DNA of 64,000 nt from a virus (taxonomy: Duplodnaviria > Caudoviricetes), in the IMG/VR virus record IMGVR_UViG_3300009710_000010, positions 1 through 64,000 of that record. One strand, given 5' to 3'. Below the pieces are notes generated by a model. That model was given only the letters and a program-made list of their open reading frames with translations, ran no database searches and had not been told where the DNA came from. The translations under genes and the position numbers were made by a program. Positions 9,553 through 20,360 of this stretch are shown here, in pieces. Numbering within the stretch: the stretch's first letter is position 1; each line of letters starts with the position of its first letter.

Positions 9553-12500
9553 ATGGCATTAGTATTAAAATCAGAACGTCAGATACAAACCGAAATTCTA
9601 GCAAGATTGATTTCTCAATTAGGTCTTAATGACGTAAATCCAGGATCTGTTGTTGACGTTTTAACTCAAGCAGTTGCTCAACAAGACTTTGCGCTTTACT
9701 ACCAAATTGCTCAAGTTTCAAGATTAGTAGACATTGATTCGTTAACTGGTGATGATCTTGATAATAAAGCATTTGAATATGGTATGGAACGCCTTCAGGC
9801 TGAAAAGACTAAAGGCTGGATTACTATTTTACGTCCTTCTGGGTTCGTTAAAGTTTCAACTACGTTTTATGCAGGTTCACCTGCTCCTATTTCTGGCGAC
9901 ACTCAAATCGATGTAAATGATGCGTCTAATGCTTTGATTGGTACATCTGGTACTTTAATTTTAGGTCGTGGTACGAATAATGAAGAACAAGTTCAATATA
10001 TACTTGCTCCTGTAAATAACACTACATTTTATCGTTTCGTATTAGTTAATCCTTTGACCAAAGATCATGCAGTTGAAGAGACTGTAATTCTTCGCCAAGG
10101 TAACGACGAAATCATTCTAGCAGGAACTACCGTAGTTGTGCCTGCGACTGGTGCTTCTTCGGAGATCCAATTCCAAATTGATAATGATACTACGTTACTT
10201 GCAGGTGAAGATAAAGTTGAAGACGTTGAGGTAACTGCAATTGAAGCAGGTTCTGCTGGAAATATTCCAGTTGGTGCTATTGACGGTGAAACCGCTTTCC
10301 CTTCAGCACCGTTTACTGGAGCTCGTGCTAGAAATGATGTGAAGTTCACAACTGGTCGAGACAAAGAGTCTGATGACGAAATCAGAGACCGTATTAAAAA
10401 CTACGTACAAGGTATTTCAAAAGCTGTTAAACAAGCTATTTTAAATGCAATCGTAGGTATTGTTGACCCTGAATCTGCAAAACGTGTTGTTTCTGCTTCA
10501 GTGGTTCTTCCAATAGTAGAAGCTGGCGCTGTTAAAGTTTATATTGATGATGGTACTGATTTTGAACCATCTTTCTTAAGTCAAGGTTTTGAAATCGTAT
10601 TAGGATCTTCTACTGGTGGTGAACAACGTCTCCAAGTAGATCGATTCCCGATTGTTAAAGCTCAATTAGAATCCAATTCAGCTGAGTCTTATGATATGTC
10701 CGGTGGTGCTAAGACTTTTATTATCCAAGTTGGAACTATTCAAGAGACCATCACTTTTAATCCTGCAGATTTTAGATTCCCAGACATTGCTACCGCTGAA
10801 GAGGTGGTTGCTGTTATTAACGATAAATCGACTTTAATCGAAGCTAGAACATCTCAAATTGGTAAGTATATTTTGATCACTGCAAAACGTGATGAAAATG
10901 AATCTATCCAAGTTTTAGGTGGAACTGCGAATGCTATTCTTAACTTCCCACTAGATAAAAAAGACACTATCAACTTATATATAGACGACGTTAAAAAGTC
11001 TAAAGATGGTGAAACCGCAATCCTTGATTCTGGAAACCAAGCTCCATACAATTTGGATGCAATCGGAGCATTTCCTCATGAATTAAATATCACTGTTGAC
11101 GGTAAAACAGCAAATCCTTTAGTTGCTTCTTTTGGATCTTTAGATGCTGCTGACGTAAATGCCGTAACTGCTGCTGAAATCTGTACGGTTTTAAATAGAG
11201 ATATTCCTGGAATTATCGCTACTCCAATTATTTCTGGAACTAAGGTAAGAATCGAATCATTAACTAAATTATCTTCTAAGTCAAAATTAGAAGTTACTGG
11301 TGGTTCTTTAAATGACTCTACAAATGGTCTTAACTTCTCAACATCTGAAGTTGTTGGTGTAGACGGTGATTATACATTCAATAGAGAACTTGGAATTATC
11401 GAGTTAGCTAATCCACTTGGAATTAACCAATCTGTAACTCTTGGATCACTTTTTACTAGAGGTAAATTAAGAGCAACTCAGTCTGAACTATATGCTCCAG
11501 CCAACGGCCAAACCCTTGTGATTAGTGTTGACGGTGGTGCAAATCAAACCATCACATTCGATGCTACATTTACGGGTGGTAAAACAGCTGAACAAACTGC
11601 TTTATTTATCAATAACCTTTTAGAAGGTGCAACTGCGATTGTTCGTGAAATTGGTGGATTGTTCTACTTAGAAATCAATACCAATACATATACAACTGGT
11701 GGTTCAATTGAAATTAAAGGAACATCTACTGCAAATTCTGCTTTTGGTTTTAGTCTTGATACTGTTAGCACATCTGGAGAGCCTAATAAAGCTTACTTAG
11801 TTTCTTCGTCAGTTGCTCCTTATGATTTTGCAGAAGCCGATTCTTTAGTTGCTGTTATTGATAATGACATTGTAAATAATACGTTCTCAATTCCAATGAA
11901 CTATCCAGGAAATACTACTCTTGGTGTAAGTAACTCTGTATTTAGAGATTCGTCTTTAGGAAATATATTCCCATCTAACGATGAAATTAAAGATTTCTAC
12001 GTTGCATTTAAAACTGGACCAAATACTCTTTCTGGAGTAATTGAAACAGTTGCTGATCAGGGTTCAAACGTTTTTAGATATACCTTCAATCCAGTTCCTG
12101 GAAGTTTTGCATCTTTTGCAGTAATCGGAAACTTATTTAATATCCAAAACTTAGATGACTCTGAGAATAACGGATATTTTGTAATCGTTGGAGCTGGTGC
12201 TGATTACGTAGATGTTTTAAATCCAGATGGACTAAATGCATCAGGTCAAACTGGAACTGCAATCTTAAGTCAACGTAGAAGAATTACAGCATTTAACCAA
12301 TTGACTGGTCAAATTACAGTTAATGCTAACTTCTTCGCTACTCCAGTTGCTGGAAACCAATTCATAGTTATTCCTTCAACTATTAACAATTTAGTTAAAT
12401 ACATCAAGAATACGAAGATTACGTCTTTCACTCTTAAGGGTATTGTTGAAGGTGTTGAAGCAAATACTAAGCTTCAATTATCGTCTAAATCTCAAGGGTC

Positions 12501-12969
12501 TGATGGTTATGTCCAAGTAACCGGTGGTAATGCAAACCGTGAGTTAAACTTCAGCACTGTTGTTTACCGAGGTCTTCAAGCTTACTCTTATTGGACTGGA
12601 TTGTTAGCATTGGTTCACAAAACGATCTATGGTGACGATTCTGATTTAGCTTCTTATCCAGGTGTAGGTGCTGCTGGAGTTATCTTTAGAGTTCTTGCTC
12701 CGACAGTCCGTAACATTCAAGTTGAACTTGACATTACTCTTCAAGAGGGTATCTCAATTGCGGCTGTTGAAAATGATGTTAAATCTGCAGTTGTTGGATA
12801 TGTAAATACTCTAGGTGTTGGTGAAGATGTTATCATCGAACGAATCAGAGCTGCGGTTATCGCAATCCCTGGAATTATTGATGTGGTAATCAACAATCCT
12901 ACTGCAAACATCGCTATTGCTGATAACGAAAGAGCTGACGTTGCAGATCCAGACATTTTGATAGGATAA
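9553..12969 (+). CDS. Baseplate J-like wedge protein with a large beta-rich insertion
   Basis: DVNPGSV..VLTQAVA, G.DLD..A..YG..R, AG..GNI, GRD.ESD.E.R.R and C-terminal YVNTLGVGEDV..IPGIIDV. Confidence 0.8.
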   Translation: MALVLKSERQIQTEILARLISQLGLNDVNPGSVVDVLTQAVAQQDFALYYQIAQVSRLVDIDSLTGDDLDNKAFEYGMERLQAEKTKGWITILRPSGFVKVSTTFYAGSPAPISGDTQIDVNDASNALIGTSGTLILGRGTNNEEQVQYILAPVNNTTFYRFVLVNPLTKDHAVEETVILRQGNDEIILAGTTVVVPATGASSEIQFQIDNDTTLLAGEDKVEDVEVTAIEAGSAGNIPVGAIDGETAFPSAPFTGARARNDVKFTTGRDKESDDEIRDRIKNYVQGISKAVKQAILNAIVGIVDPESAKRVVSASVVLPIVEAGAVKVYIDDGTDFEPSFLSQGFEIVLGSSTGGEQRLQVDRFPIVKAQLESNSAESYDMSGGAKTFIIQVGTIQETITFNPADFRFPDIATAEEVVAVINDKSTLIEARTSQIGKYILITAKRDENESIQVLGGTANAILNFPLDKKDTINLYIDDVKKSKDGETAILDSGNQAPYNLDAIGAFPHELNITVDGKTANPLVASFGSLDAADVNAVTAAEICTVLNRDIPGIIATPIISGTKVRIESLTKLSSKSKLEVTGGSLNDSTNGLNFSTSEVVGVDGDYTFNRELGIIELANPLGINQSVTLGSLFTRGKLRATQSELYAPANGQTLVISVDGGANQTITFDATFTGGKTAEQTALFINNLLEGATAIVREIGGLFYLEINTNTYTTGGSIEIKGTSTANSAFGFSLDTVSTSGEPNKAYLVSSSVAPYDFAEADSLVAVIDNDIVNNTFSIPMNYPGNTTLGVSNSVFRDSSLGNIFPSNDEIKDFYVAFKTGPNTLSGVIETVADQGSNVFRYTFNPVPGSFASFAVIGNLFNIQNLDDSENNGYFVIVGAGADYVDVLNPDGLNASGQTGTAILSQRRRITAFNQLTGQITVNANFFATPVAGNQFIVIPSTINNLVKYIKNTKITSFTLKGIVEGVEANTKLQLSSKSQGSDGYVQVTGGNANRELNFSTVVYRGLQAYSYWTGLLALVHKTIYGDDSDLASYPGVGAAGVIFRVLAPTVRNIQVELDITLQEGISIAAVENDVKSAVVGYVNTLGVGEDVIIERIRAAVIAIPGIIDVVINNPTANIAIADNERADVADPDILIG

Positions 12970-12973
12970 TCCA

Positions 12974-14305
12974 ATGGCTGATAATATTAAACGGTATCAA
13001 AACACGCTTCCAAAGGTATTTAACCCTGAACAAAACAGGGTTATCTACGCACTATTATATGCAATTTCTAAATCAGATGATGACGTTGAATTAGCTGTTG
13101 AAGAAGCGAAGAAACAATTATTTGTAAGAACTGCAACTGGTAGAAACTTAGACCGATTAGCCAATTCTTTAGGTGTCGAACGCCCGCCTACTTTAGGTCT
13201 TACGGATACTGAATTTCAGAATTTGATTCCTAATTTATCATTAAAACCTAAGAATATTCGTAAAGCTTTTTATGATACTGCTGATGTATTCTGGGGTCCT
13301 GCCTTCTCAAGAGCTAACATCACGACTAATAATTTTGCACCGTATAACGTCAATGTTGGAGACGTAATTGAAGTTCAAATTGATTTAAGAACTAAACAAC
13401 AAGTAAAAGTTTTAACGGGTGAAATCGCTGCTCCAGGTGCTGCTACTGCTGAAGAAATGCAGAAGATACTTTCAAGAATCAGAGGAGCTACTGTTTCCAT
13501 TATCGAAGATGCTTTAAGTGGCGATAAATCTATTAACATTAGAACAAACACTCCAGGACCTACTGGTAAGGTCGAGATATTCAGTTCATCGATGATTTCT
13601 ACATTGAAATTAGATTTCACTCCTGGAGATTATGACATCCTCGATTTAGACCAACGTGTGGCGATCTATAATACTAATCCAAATGAACTTTTAATTGAGA
13701 TTCCAGCCATAGTTCCAGCCTTAAGACGTACTCTTAAAGGATCTCATCACTTTCACAGTGATTCCACAATTGAACCAGCTCGTGGGACTGTTCAGGGTAT
13801 TTGGCAAGGTTCATTTCTTTTTAATCCGAATGGATCTGTAAATACTTTTACAATTACTAAACAAAAAGCCAATCTTCAACAAGTCATTTCAAAAGGAAAT
13901 GTTTACACTTCGATTGCGGTCGATTCAACTACACTTTTCTTGAATCCATCTGGTGAGTTGATTTTTGGTTTTGGTACTCCAGAACAAGAAGGTCCAGTTA
14001 AATACCGTGGGATCCCAAATACCTCAACTATACTTTTAGATCCAAGCTATACTTTTAAGAATAATCACCCAGTAAATACAGTCATCAACGTGATTTCAAA
14101 ACGTGAACCTTATGTTCCAGTTCGTTCGGGTAAAGACTTAGCTATCTATTTGACTTCACCTTCTGGTGCCCGAGAGATTGTTCAGGACATTCTTAGAACA
14201 TTAGCCGCGGCTGGAATCATTATTAACTTTAAGATCTTAGCTCCGCGCTATAAATACGTAATAGACAATCCGTATATTACAGAAGACGATGCTCCTACAG
14301 AATGA
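12974..14305 (+). CDS. Baseplate wedge protein (gpI-like)
   Basis: LFVRTATGRNLDRLANSLGVERP..L..D..F N-terminus and AAGI C-terminus; follows the J-like gene. Confidence 0.65.
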   Translation: MADNIKRYQNTLPKVFNPEQNRVIYALLYAISKSDDDVELAVEEAKKQLFVRTATGRNLDRLANSLGVERPPTLGLTDTEFQNLIPNLSLKPKNIRKAFYDTADVFWGPAFSRANITTNNFAPYNVNVGDVIEVQIDLRTKQQVKVLTGEIAAPGAATAEEMQKILSRIRGATVSIIEDALSGDKSINIRTNTPGPTGKVEIFSSSMISTLKLDFTPGDYDILDLDQRVAIYNTNPNELLIEIPAIVPALRRTLKGSHHFHSDSTIEPARGTVQGIWQGSFLFNPNGSVNTFTITKQKANLQQVISKGNVYTSIAVDSTTLFLNPSGELIFGFGTPEQEGPVKYRGIPNTSTILLDPSYTFKNNHPVNTVINVISKREPYVPVRSGKDLAIYLTSPSGAREIVQDILRTLAAAGIIINFKILAPRYKYVIDNPYITEDDAPTE

Positions 14306-14321
14306 GATATAATTAGGAGCA

Positions 14322-14915
14322 ATGAAACATTGCAATAAATGTCACCAAGACAAACCATTACATGAATTTTATGATTTTAAGGGAACTAAAGACGGAAAAC
14401 GAAATGGATGTAAGTCTTGTTGGCAATTATACAGAGATCAAAATAAGCATTTAAAGCATCAACATTATTTAAACAATAAAAATGAAATAATCTCCAAAAT
14501 CAAAGAATATGAATTAAAAAATAAAGACAAAATGAGATTATACAGAACTAACTATACTAGAGAACGTTTGAAAAATGATGCAAAATATAAAATTGCCTTC
14601 ATTCTAAGAACTAGGTTAAGGCAGGCTTTAAAAAATCACTGGAAATCAGGATCTGCTGTAAAAGATTTAGGTTGCTCGATTCAAGAACTTAAAGTCTATC
14701 TTGAATCCAAATTTCAACCAGGAATGACTTGGGATAATCATGGAAAGTGGCATATAGATCATATCATACCTTTATCCGCTTTCGACTTAACTAATAGAAC
14801 TGAATTTTTAAAAGCTTGTCACTATAGTAACTTACGACCTTTATGGGCTTTGGATAATATTAAGAAAAGCAATAAGTTAGTTATGGTTGATATAATAAAC
14901 CCAGATATAGATTAG
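14322..14915 (+). CDS. Free-standing HNH homing endonuclease
   Basis: N-terminal CxxC..CxxC; LGCSI.EL..YLE.KF..GM.W.NHG.WHIDHI.P...HY.NL.PLWA.DN..K; own extended -10 promoter at about 14303-14313. Confidence 0.85.
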   Translation: MKHCNKCHQDKPLHEFYDFKGTKDGKRNGCKSCWQLYRDQNKHLKHQHYLNNKNEIISKIKEYELKNKDKMRLYRTNYTRERLKNDAKYKIAFILRTRLRQALKNHWKSGSAVKDLGCSIQELKVYLESKFQPGMTWDNHGKWHIDHIIPLSAFDLTNRTEFLKACHYSNLRPLWALDNIKKSNKLVMVDIINPDID

Positions 14916-14926
14916 GAGATTAAACC

Positions 14927-17900
14927 GTGGGAATTCTTTCAAGACCAAGATTTTTACCTCAACAACGACTAGATCTAGAAGACGTAAACGCGCTTTTAGC
15001 AGCTCTGCGTACCGATTCTAAGCTTTATACTAAACAGTTTCTTTCTCAAACTAACCTTATTTATAAGGGTTTTTCTGTTACTGGTATCGGCTTAAAATCT
15101 GCGACTGTCAATATGGCAGATGCTACTCTTATCATTCCTCAAAATAACAATGATTTTTCATGGTTTACTGCAGCTCCTTCTGAGCCCAACATTGTTATTC
15201 CAGATGCTGATTTAGCTGATGGAACTAGAAACTATGTTGAAATTTCCCTAACTACAGAGAACAATACTCCACTTACAAAAGCATTTTGGGATCCAGAAGC
15301 AAATTCTGGTGCAGGTTCTGAATTCAATCAAATCGTTGCGACAATCACTGATTTAAAAGTCAACATGGTCGTTTCTACTGGTGGTTTCTCTGGATCACCT
15401 GATCGTTTACCTCTTTGCATTATTGATGTGGATGGTTCTGGTAATATCAAAACTATATTCGATCGTAGAAATCTATTTGGACGCTTAGCAACTCCTGTGA
15501 ATATTGATAATAGGTTCACTTGGGGTACAAAAGTAGAACCAGTTTACAGCATGACTCTTACTGGAGTTACTGGAACTTTTGTAGCTAATGAAACCATCAC
15601 AATCGGGTCTGAGACTGCGAAAGTAGTAACTGGCGGTACTGGTTCAATTACATTTAATATTCCTTCTGGTATTGGTTTCTTTCCTGGTGACGCTGTAACT
15701 GGTGGAACTTCTGGAGCAACCGGTACTGTAAACACCGTATCTGAATCATTTACTGGTGTTGATAAAAACTTAAAGACGCAAAAAGACATTAATGACGCGT
15801 TAATGACAGAATTTGCTTTAGTAAAAGGCACACGTTTCTGGTGGGAGAATGCAAATACTTCTCTTTCTGGAATCATTAAGTTCCTGGAGTCTGTTTTAGT
15901 CCAAGCCACTGCAACTGCAAAGTTCTCTTGGTCAGGTACTCAATTAAGTATCACGGACGACAACGTATCTCCAGCGAACGATACATTAGGTTACATCAGA
16001 ATGATGGGTCGTGGCGATGACTTAGCTCTGACTCGTGAAGACGGAACTGGTGGAACTTCAAAAATTAATATCGCTGATGGCGAGGTTTTATATGTTAAAA
16101 TCCCTGCGACTGGAAATAGAAACTATTCTGCTTCAGGTTCTTCTGATACTAATTATCAAGTCGTTGATATTGCTTCATACATCTCGAGTGACGAAACCTA
16201 TTGGTTAGCGTATAGAGAAGGAACTCGTCTTTATATCCGTGGTTATGGTGAATTAGAACCAGGTGAAGAAATCAATATCGGTGATCCTGAATTAGAAGAT
16301 ATTTTAGCTCAGATTGCTGCGAATCAAGATATTGAAACTCAAGATCGTAATATTAAATTGATCGAAGGTGGTACTTGGTCTTTAGATGAAACTGCGTCTT
16401 TGACTCCAGTAACTCCTGTAAATAATAACTCTACATCTGGAACAGCTTCTACTCAAACTCTTAAAAATGGAAGTGCTCAAGTTGCGTTTCCTTTTACGGT
16501 TGCGAATACTACCGACATTTCGACTATTGCTATTAACTTAGCTAAAGCAGGATCTCCTACTGGTACTTTAGGTTTTGAGTTAAGAAATCTTTCAGGTCTT
16601 ACTGTTGGTTCTTTGATCAAATCTTCAAATACTTTGTCAATTGCAGGGTTTAACGTATCTCCATCTTTACAAACATTTAACTTTGGTGCTGGAACTATTC
16701 CAGCTGGTACTTACGTACTAGTTCCCGTATTTACTTCTGGAACTGACGTTGTTGTCTACGGTACATACTCTGGAAACTCATCTATAAGCGTGCTATCTTC
16801 TTCAAACGGTGGCGTGTCTTATACTGGAAGTAACTCTACACTTTATTTAGTAATCTCTGGAAACGAGATTGGGTCTGGAGTATCTGCAGTTACGCTTTCA
16901 GCAGATGCTTATATCCAAGTTCCTGGACTATTAAGAGCTAGAAACAGAATCGCTGCTCAAACTATTAATCTTCCAAATGCAACATCTGTTGCTTACGTTG
17001 ACATTAATCGGTCTGGTGTAACTCCTGCGGCTCTTACAGTTGTAGTTGCTGACGAAGACGCAATCACAAATAATGTGAACCGCATTGTGATCGCAAGACG
17101 GGTTACCGCTGGTGTTTTAATCGGCACTAAATCATTTTTACTTAAAGATTGTGAAAGATTAGAATTAGATGGTGCATTAGCTGAAATTAATCGCTATATG
17201 CAACAACTTAAAATCGGTAAACACGATTCAAATGTTTCTAAAGCGCGAATCAATGCTGCTGATTCTAGTTTATTAAATGGTAATACGTTAAGTCAAGTTG
17301 TAGGTAATTTCTTATTAGATTTTACTGGTGCTGTAATTAACTTTACAACTGGTGCAATTCTTAAAGAAGATGATTCAACAGCTCTAGGAACTAACTTTAC
17401 ACCGTTCTCAATTCCAGTCGGTCAATACTTCTGGTATGGTATTTCATTAGTTCCTGGAAACATTACTTCAGATAATCGTCAACAAGCTACAGTCTTAATC
17501 GACCTTGCGGATTCTGCAAATGCTTCGGCTTCATTAGCTCCTAAACCTGTTATTTCTGGATCTATTAAATTAGGTGCAATCCAAGTACAAAACATCGCAG
17601 GAACAATTACTGTTGTTGATGTTAAACCTCTAGGAGTTGGCTCTGGCTCAGGTTCTGGCGATGGTCAAGGTGCTTCTTTTGATGCAGAATTACGTACTTA
17701 TTTAAAATTATCTTCATATGAATTTGTAACTGAGAATCTTATTCCAACTGATGAAGATGACAATATTGATCCAGCATCAACTGGTGCTTATTCTCCAGCT
17801 ACTAAGACTTTCAAACAAGCAGCTGGTCAAACTCTAATTTCAACTGAATTATTGGATGCTGACTTTATTGCTTCTAACCGATCATTATCAAAAGCACGAA

Positions 17901-19459
17901 TCATTTTACGCTACGCTTCTGGAGCTATTGATTCAGCTCCAGTTGTTGAAATCAAAAAGAATGGTGGATCATATCAAACAGTAACAATGAATCGTATCGG
18001 TAATACTGATACATTTGATGGTGAAATTAGTTTAGATGCTGCGGTTGGTACTTCATTAATAATGAGAGTCACCGCGTCAATGACTGCCGAGATCTTTGGT
18101 TATGGTGTGATGTACGATACCACATTCGTTGCAATTCCTATGGGACTTGCTAAAAATATCCATACAGAATCTTTTGCAGGTCTTACTGGTGTTAAAACTT
18201 GTACTTTACCTTTCATTCCAGACCCTAATGCGTTAGTTGTTTACGATAAAACTAGAGGTCAGGCTTATGTTTACGATCCAGCTAATACTTTTGCGATCTC
18301 TGGAAATAACGTAATTTTCGTTGCTGATTTCTTTAACTTCCCAGGTGAGACTATCTCTTTAGAGTTTAGACAAATCATCGGAAATGGTATTGATTCATCT
18401 GACCAAAACGCAAACAATATTGCGACAAATACCTCAGCAATTGCCGCTCTAGGTACTGCTAAGTTTAAAAACTATGCTCAAAATGCTGAAATGAGATTCG
18501 GACAACGTCAAGATCCAACCGTCTTGACTACAAGAGCTGATGCTTCTTTCGGTTTGGATCGTTGGAAAGTACTATCTTCTGGTGGTACAGTCGGTGTTCA
18601 AAGAATCGAAGACGGACCAACCGCTAGATACTCTATGAAGTTACGTCAACTTGATTCTACTGCTCGTCAATTCGGTTGCGTTCAGTTCATCGAAAAAGAC
18701 CGTTGCGTCGAGTTGAGAAACAAACAAGTGACTTTACAAATTACAGTTAAAACTACAGGTACTCAAATTCCAACTCTTAGAGCTGCACTCCTTGAATGGA
18801 CAGGAACCTCTGATTCTGTAACTTCTGATATAGTTTCAGCATGGTCTTCAACTCCAACATTAGTTGCAAGTGCTTCGTACGTAACAACACCTACTGATAT
18901 TGCGATTACTTCTACATATTCAACATTTACAGTAACTGGATCGTTCTCTGGATCAATGAATAATGCTGGTATTTTCGTTTATACACCAAATGCTGAAGCT
19001 CAAAACGATGAATTCCAGATTACTCAAGTTCAAATGGTTCGTGGACCTACTGCTAGAGCTTGGGAAGCTGTAGCGTTAACTAAAGACGAAGATTACATGG
19101 AAGTTTGCAATTTCTATCAAAAATCTTTTGAAGCAGAAACGGCTCCTCAAAACTCTGGAACAGGTACTACTGTTGCAGAACCAAATTCTGCTATGGGACT
19201 TAATCACCATAACGCATTATTAGGAGTTAACGTAGTGTTTCCTGTTAAAATGAGAGCAGTTCCTACTTTAACTAAATACGGAAACAACTCTGGTAATTGG
19301 CTGTATTACGCGATCGGAAATGCTGCCGCAGTTGCAGCTCCAACAGCTCAATTAAATTTTGCTTTACAATCTTCAAAAGGTTTTTCAATACAACAACAAG
19401 CTGTTTCTGCAATGGTTACTGTCGTCGGTCACTGGACTGCTGAATCGGAGATATTCTAA
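14927..19459 (+). CDS. Long tail fibre / baseplate-attached receptor-binding protein
   Basis: 1510 aa, Gly/Thr/Ser-rich beta modules, GSGSGSG linker, C-terminal carbohydrate-binding-like domain (NY..N..M...QR..DRW..QV..YQKS..W.A.SE). Confidence 0.75.
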   Translation: MGILSRPRFLPQQRLDLEDVNALLAALRTDSKLYTKQFLSQTNLIYKGFSVTGIGLKSATVNMADATLIIPQNNNDFSWFTAAPSEPNIVIPDADLADGTRNYVEISLTTENNTPLTKAFWDPEANSGAGSEFNQIVATITDLKVNMVVSTGGFSGSPDRLPLCIIDVDGSGNIKTIFDRRNLFGRLATPVNIDNRFTWGTKVEPVYSMTLTGVTGTFVANETITIGSETAKVVTGGTGSITFNIPSGIGFFPGDAVTGGTSGATGTVNTVSESFTGVDKNLKTQKDINDALMTEFALVKGTRFWWENANTSLSGIIKFLESVLVQATATAKFSWSGTQLSITDDNVSPANDTLGYIRMMGRGDDLALTREDGTGGTSKINIADGEVLYVKIPATGNRNYSASGSSDTNYQVVDIASYISSDETYWLAYREGTRLYIRGYGELEPGEEINIGDPELEDILAQIAANQDIETQDRNIKLIEGGTWSLDETASLTPVTPVNNNSTSGTASTQTLKNGSAQVAFPFTVANTTDISTIAINLAKAGSPTGTLGFELRNLSGLTVGSLIKSSNTLSIAGFNVSPSLQTFNFGAGTIPAGTYVLVPVFTSGTDVVVYGTYSGNSSISVLSSSNGGVSYTGSNSTLYLVISGNEIGSGVSAVTLSADAYIQVPGLLRARNRIAAQTINLPNATSVAYVDINRSGVTPAALTVVVADEDAITNNVNRIVIARRVTAGVLIGTKSFLLKDCERLELDGALAEINRYMQQLKIGKHDSNVSKARINAADSSLLNGNTLSQVVGNFLLDFTGAVINFTTGAILKEDDSTALGTNFTPFSIPVGQYFWYGISLVPGNITSDNRQQATVLIDLADSANASASLAPKPVISGSIKLGAIQVQNIAGTITVVDVKPLGVGSGSGSGDGQGASFDAELRTYLKLSSYEFVTENLIPTDEDDNIDPASTGAYSPATKTFKQAAGQTLISTELLDADFIASNRSLSKARIILRYASGAIDSAPVVEIKKNGGSYQTVTMNRIGNTDTFDGEISLDAAVGTSLIMRVTASMTAEIFGYGVMYDTTFVAIPMGLAKNIHTESFAGLTGVKTCTLPFIPDPNALVVYDKTRGQAYVYDPANTFAISGNNVIFVADFFNFPGETISLEFRQIIGNGIDSSDQNANNIATNTSAIAALGTAKFKNYAQNAEMRFGQRQDPTVLTTRADASFGLDRWKVLSSGGTVGVQRIEDGPTARYSMKLRQLDSTARQFGCVQFIEKDRCVELRNKQVTLQITVKTTGTQIPTLRAALLEWTGTSDSVTSDIVSAWSSTPTLVASASYVTTPTDIAITSTYSTFTVTGSFSGSMNNAGIFVYTPNAEAQNDEFQITQVQMVRGPTARAWEAVALTKDEDYMEVCNFYQKSFEAETAPQNSGTGTTVAEPNSAMGLNHHNALLGVNVVFPVKMRAVPTLTKYGNNSGNWLYYAIGNAAAVAAPTAQLNFALQSSKGFSIQQQAVSAMVTVVGHWTAESEIF

Positions 19460-20331
19460 TGGCAACTAAAATAACCTCAATCAAAAAAATAGACAAAATT
19501 ACAGCGTTAAATCATAGTACCGGGGTCATTAACTTGGCGGCTGGTGCGATTTTAACAATCGGCGGTCTTCAATATACTACTGATGCTGTAAAATCTGTAA
19601 CTTTATCTGGTCTTGTAGGAACTCAACGTTATCAAATCTATGCTGTAATTTCTTCTGGAGATGTGATTCTTGTTACATCCACAAATGAGAACTCTGTGGG
19701 ACCTGCTGGATATACATCTTGGAAATTAGTTGGTTCATTCTACACGGGTGGATTGGCAGTTCCTGCTTTTGGAGCTTTCGTTAATATTAGAGGTGTTCCA
19801 AAAACAGATCGTAGAATTCAATATTTAGGTGAAATTGTAGATCAAAATAATACCGACGTAAGATCTGTTTCACCTTTAACTAACATTTTTTATTGGGAAC
19901 GAAATGGTCAATTAGCACTATACCAGGGTGGGTATTATCATCAAGGCTCGGCCGGTTCTAACGGATCTAACGGATATTATATTAAAGCTCCTGGAAACTT
20001 AGTCCATATTGATGAAGGTGTTGGTGGAGGAAATACTCCAGCAGGTGGTGGAGTTGCTCAAGGGGATGTTGGTGGCAGCATCTACATGCAAGGTTCAAGA
20101 AATAATGTTGCAACTACTACTGGCGGAGCTTTTCTTTTTAATGGTTTTGGAATTAGGGGTATAAACGTAGTTCCAACTAGTAACGCTACGGATGGTGGTA
20201 TTTGGGGAGCTTCTGGATCAGGTGGTGTTATAGATAATATGTCTATGAATACCGCGTTTTTAGGTATGTCCTGGGCTTATATTCCTTGCAGAGTTGTAGG
20301 TTTTTCAGACACTTCAATTGAGGACCTATAA
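19459..20331 (+). CDS. Tail fibre/receptor-binding module protein
   Basis: N-terminal LVGSFY...FGAFVNIRGVP shared with 23075..23824. Confidence 0.6.
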   Translation: MATKITSIKKIDKITALNHSTGVINLAAGAILTIGGLQYTTDAVKSVTLSGLVGTQRYQIYAVISSGDVILVTSTNENSVGPAGYTSWKLVGSFYTGGLAVPAFGAFVNIRGVPKTDRRIQYLGEIVDQNNTDVRSVSPLTNIFYWERNGQLALYQGGYYHQGSAGSNGSNGYYIKAPGNLVHIDEGVGGGNTPAGGGVAQGDVGGSIYMQGSRNNVATTTGGAFLFNGFGIRGINVVPTSNATDGGIWGASGSGGVIDNMSMNTAFLGMSWAYIPCRVVGFSDTSIEDL

Positions 20332-20360
20332 GGTATAATTTAACTATATTGGAGATTTAG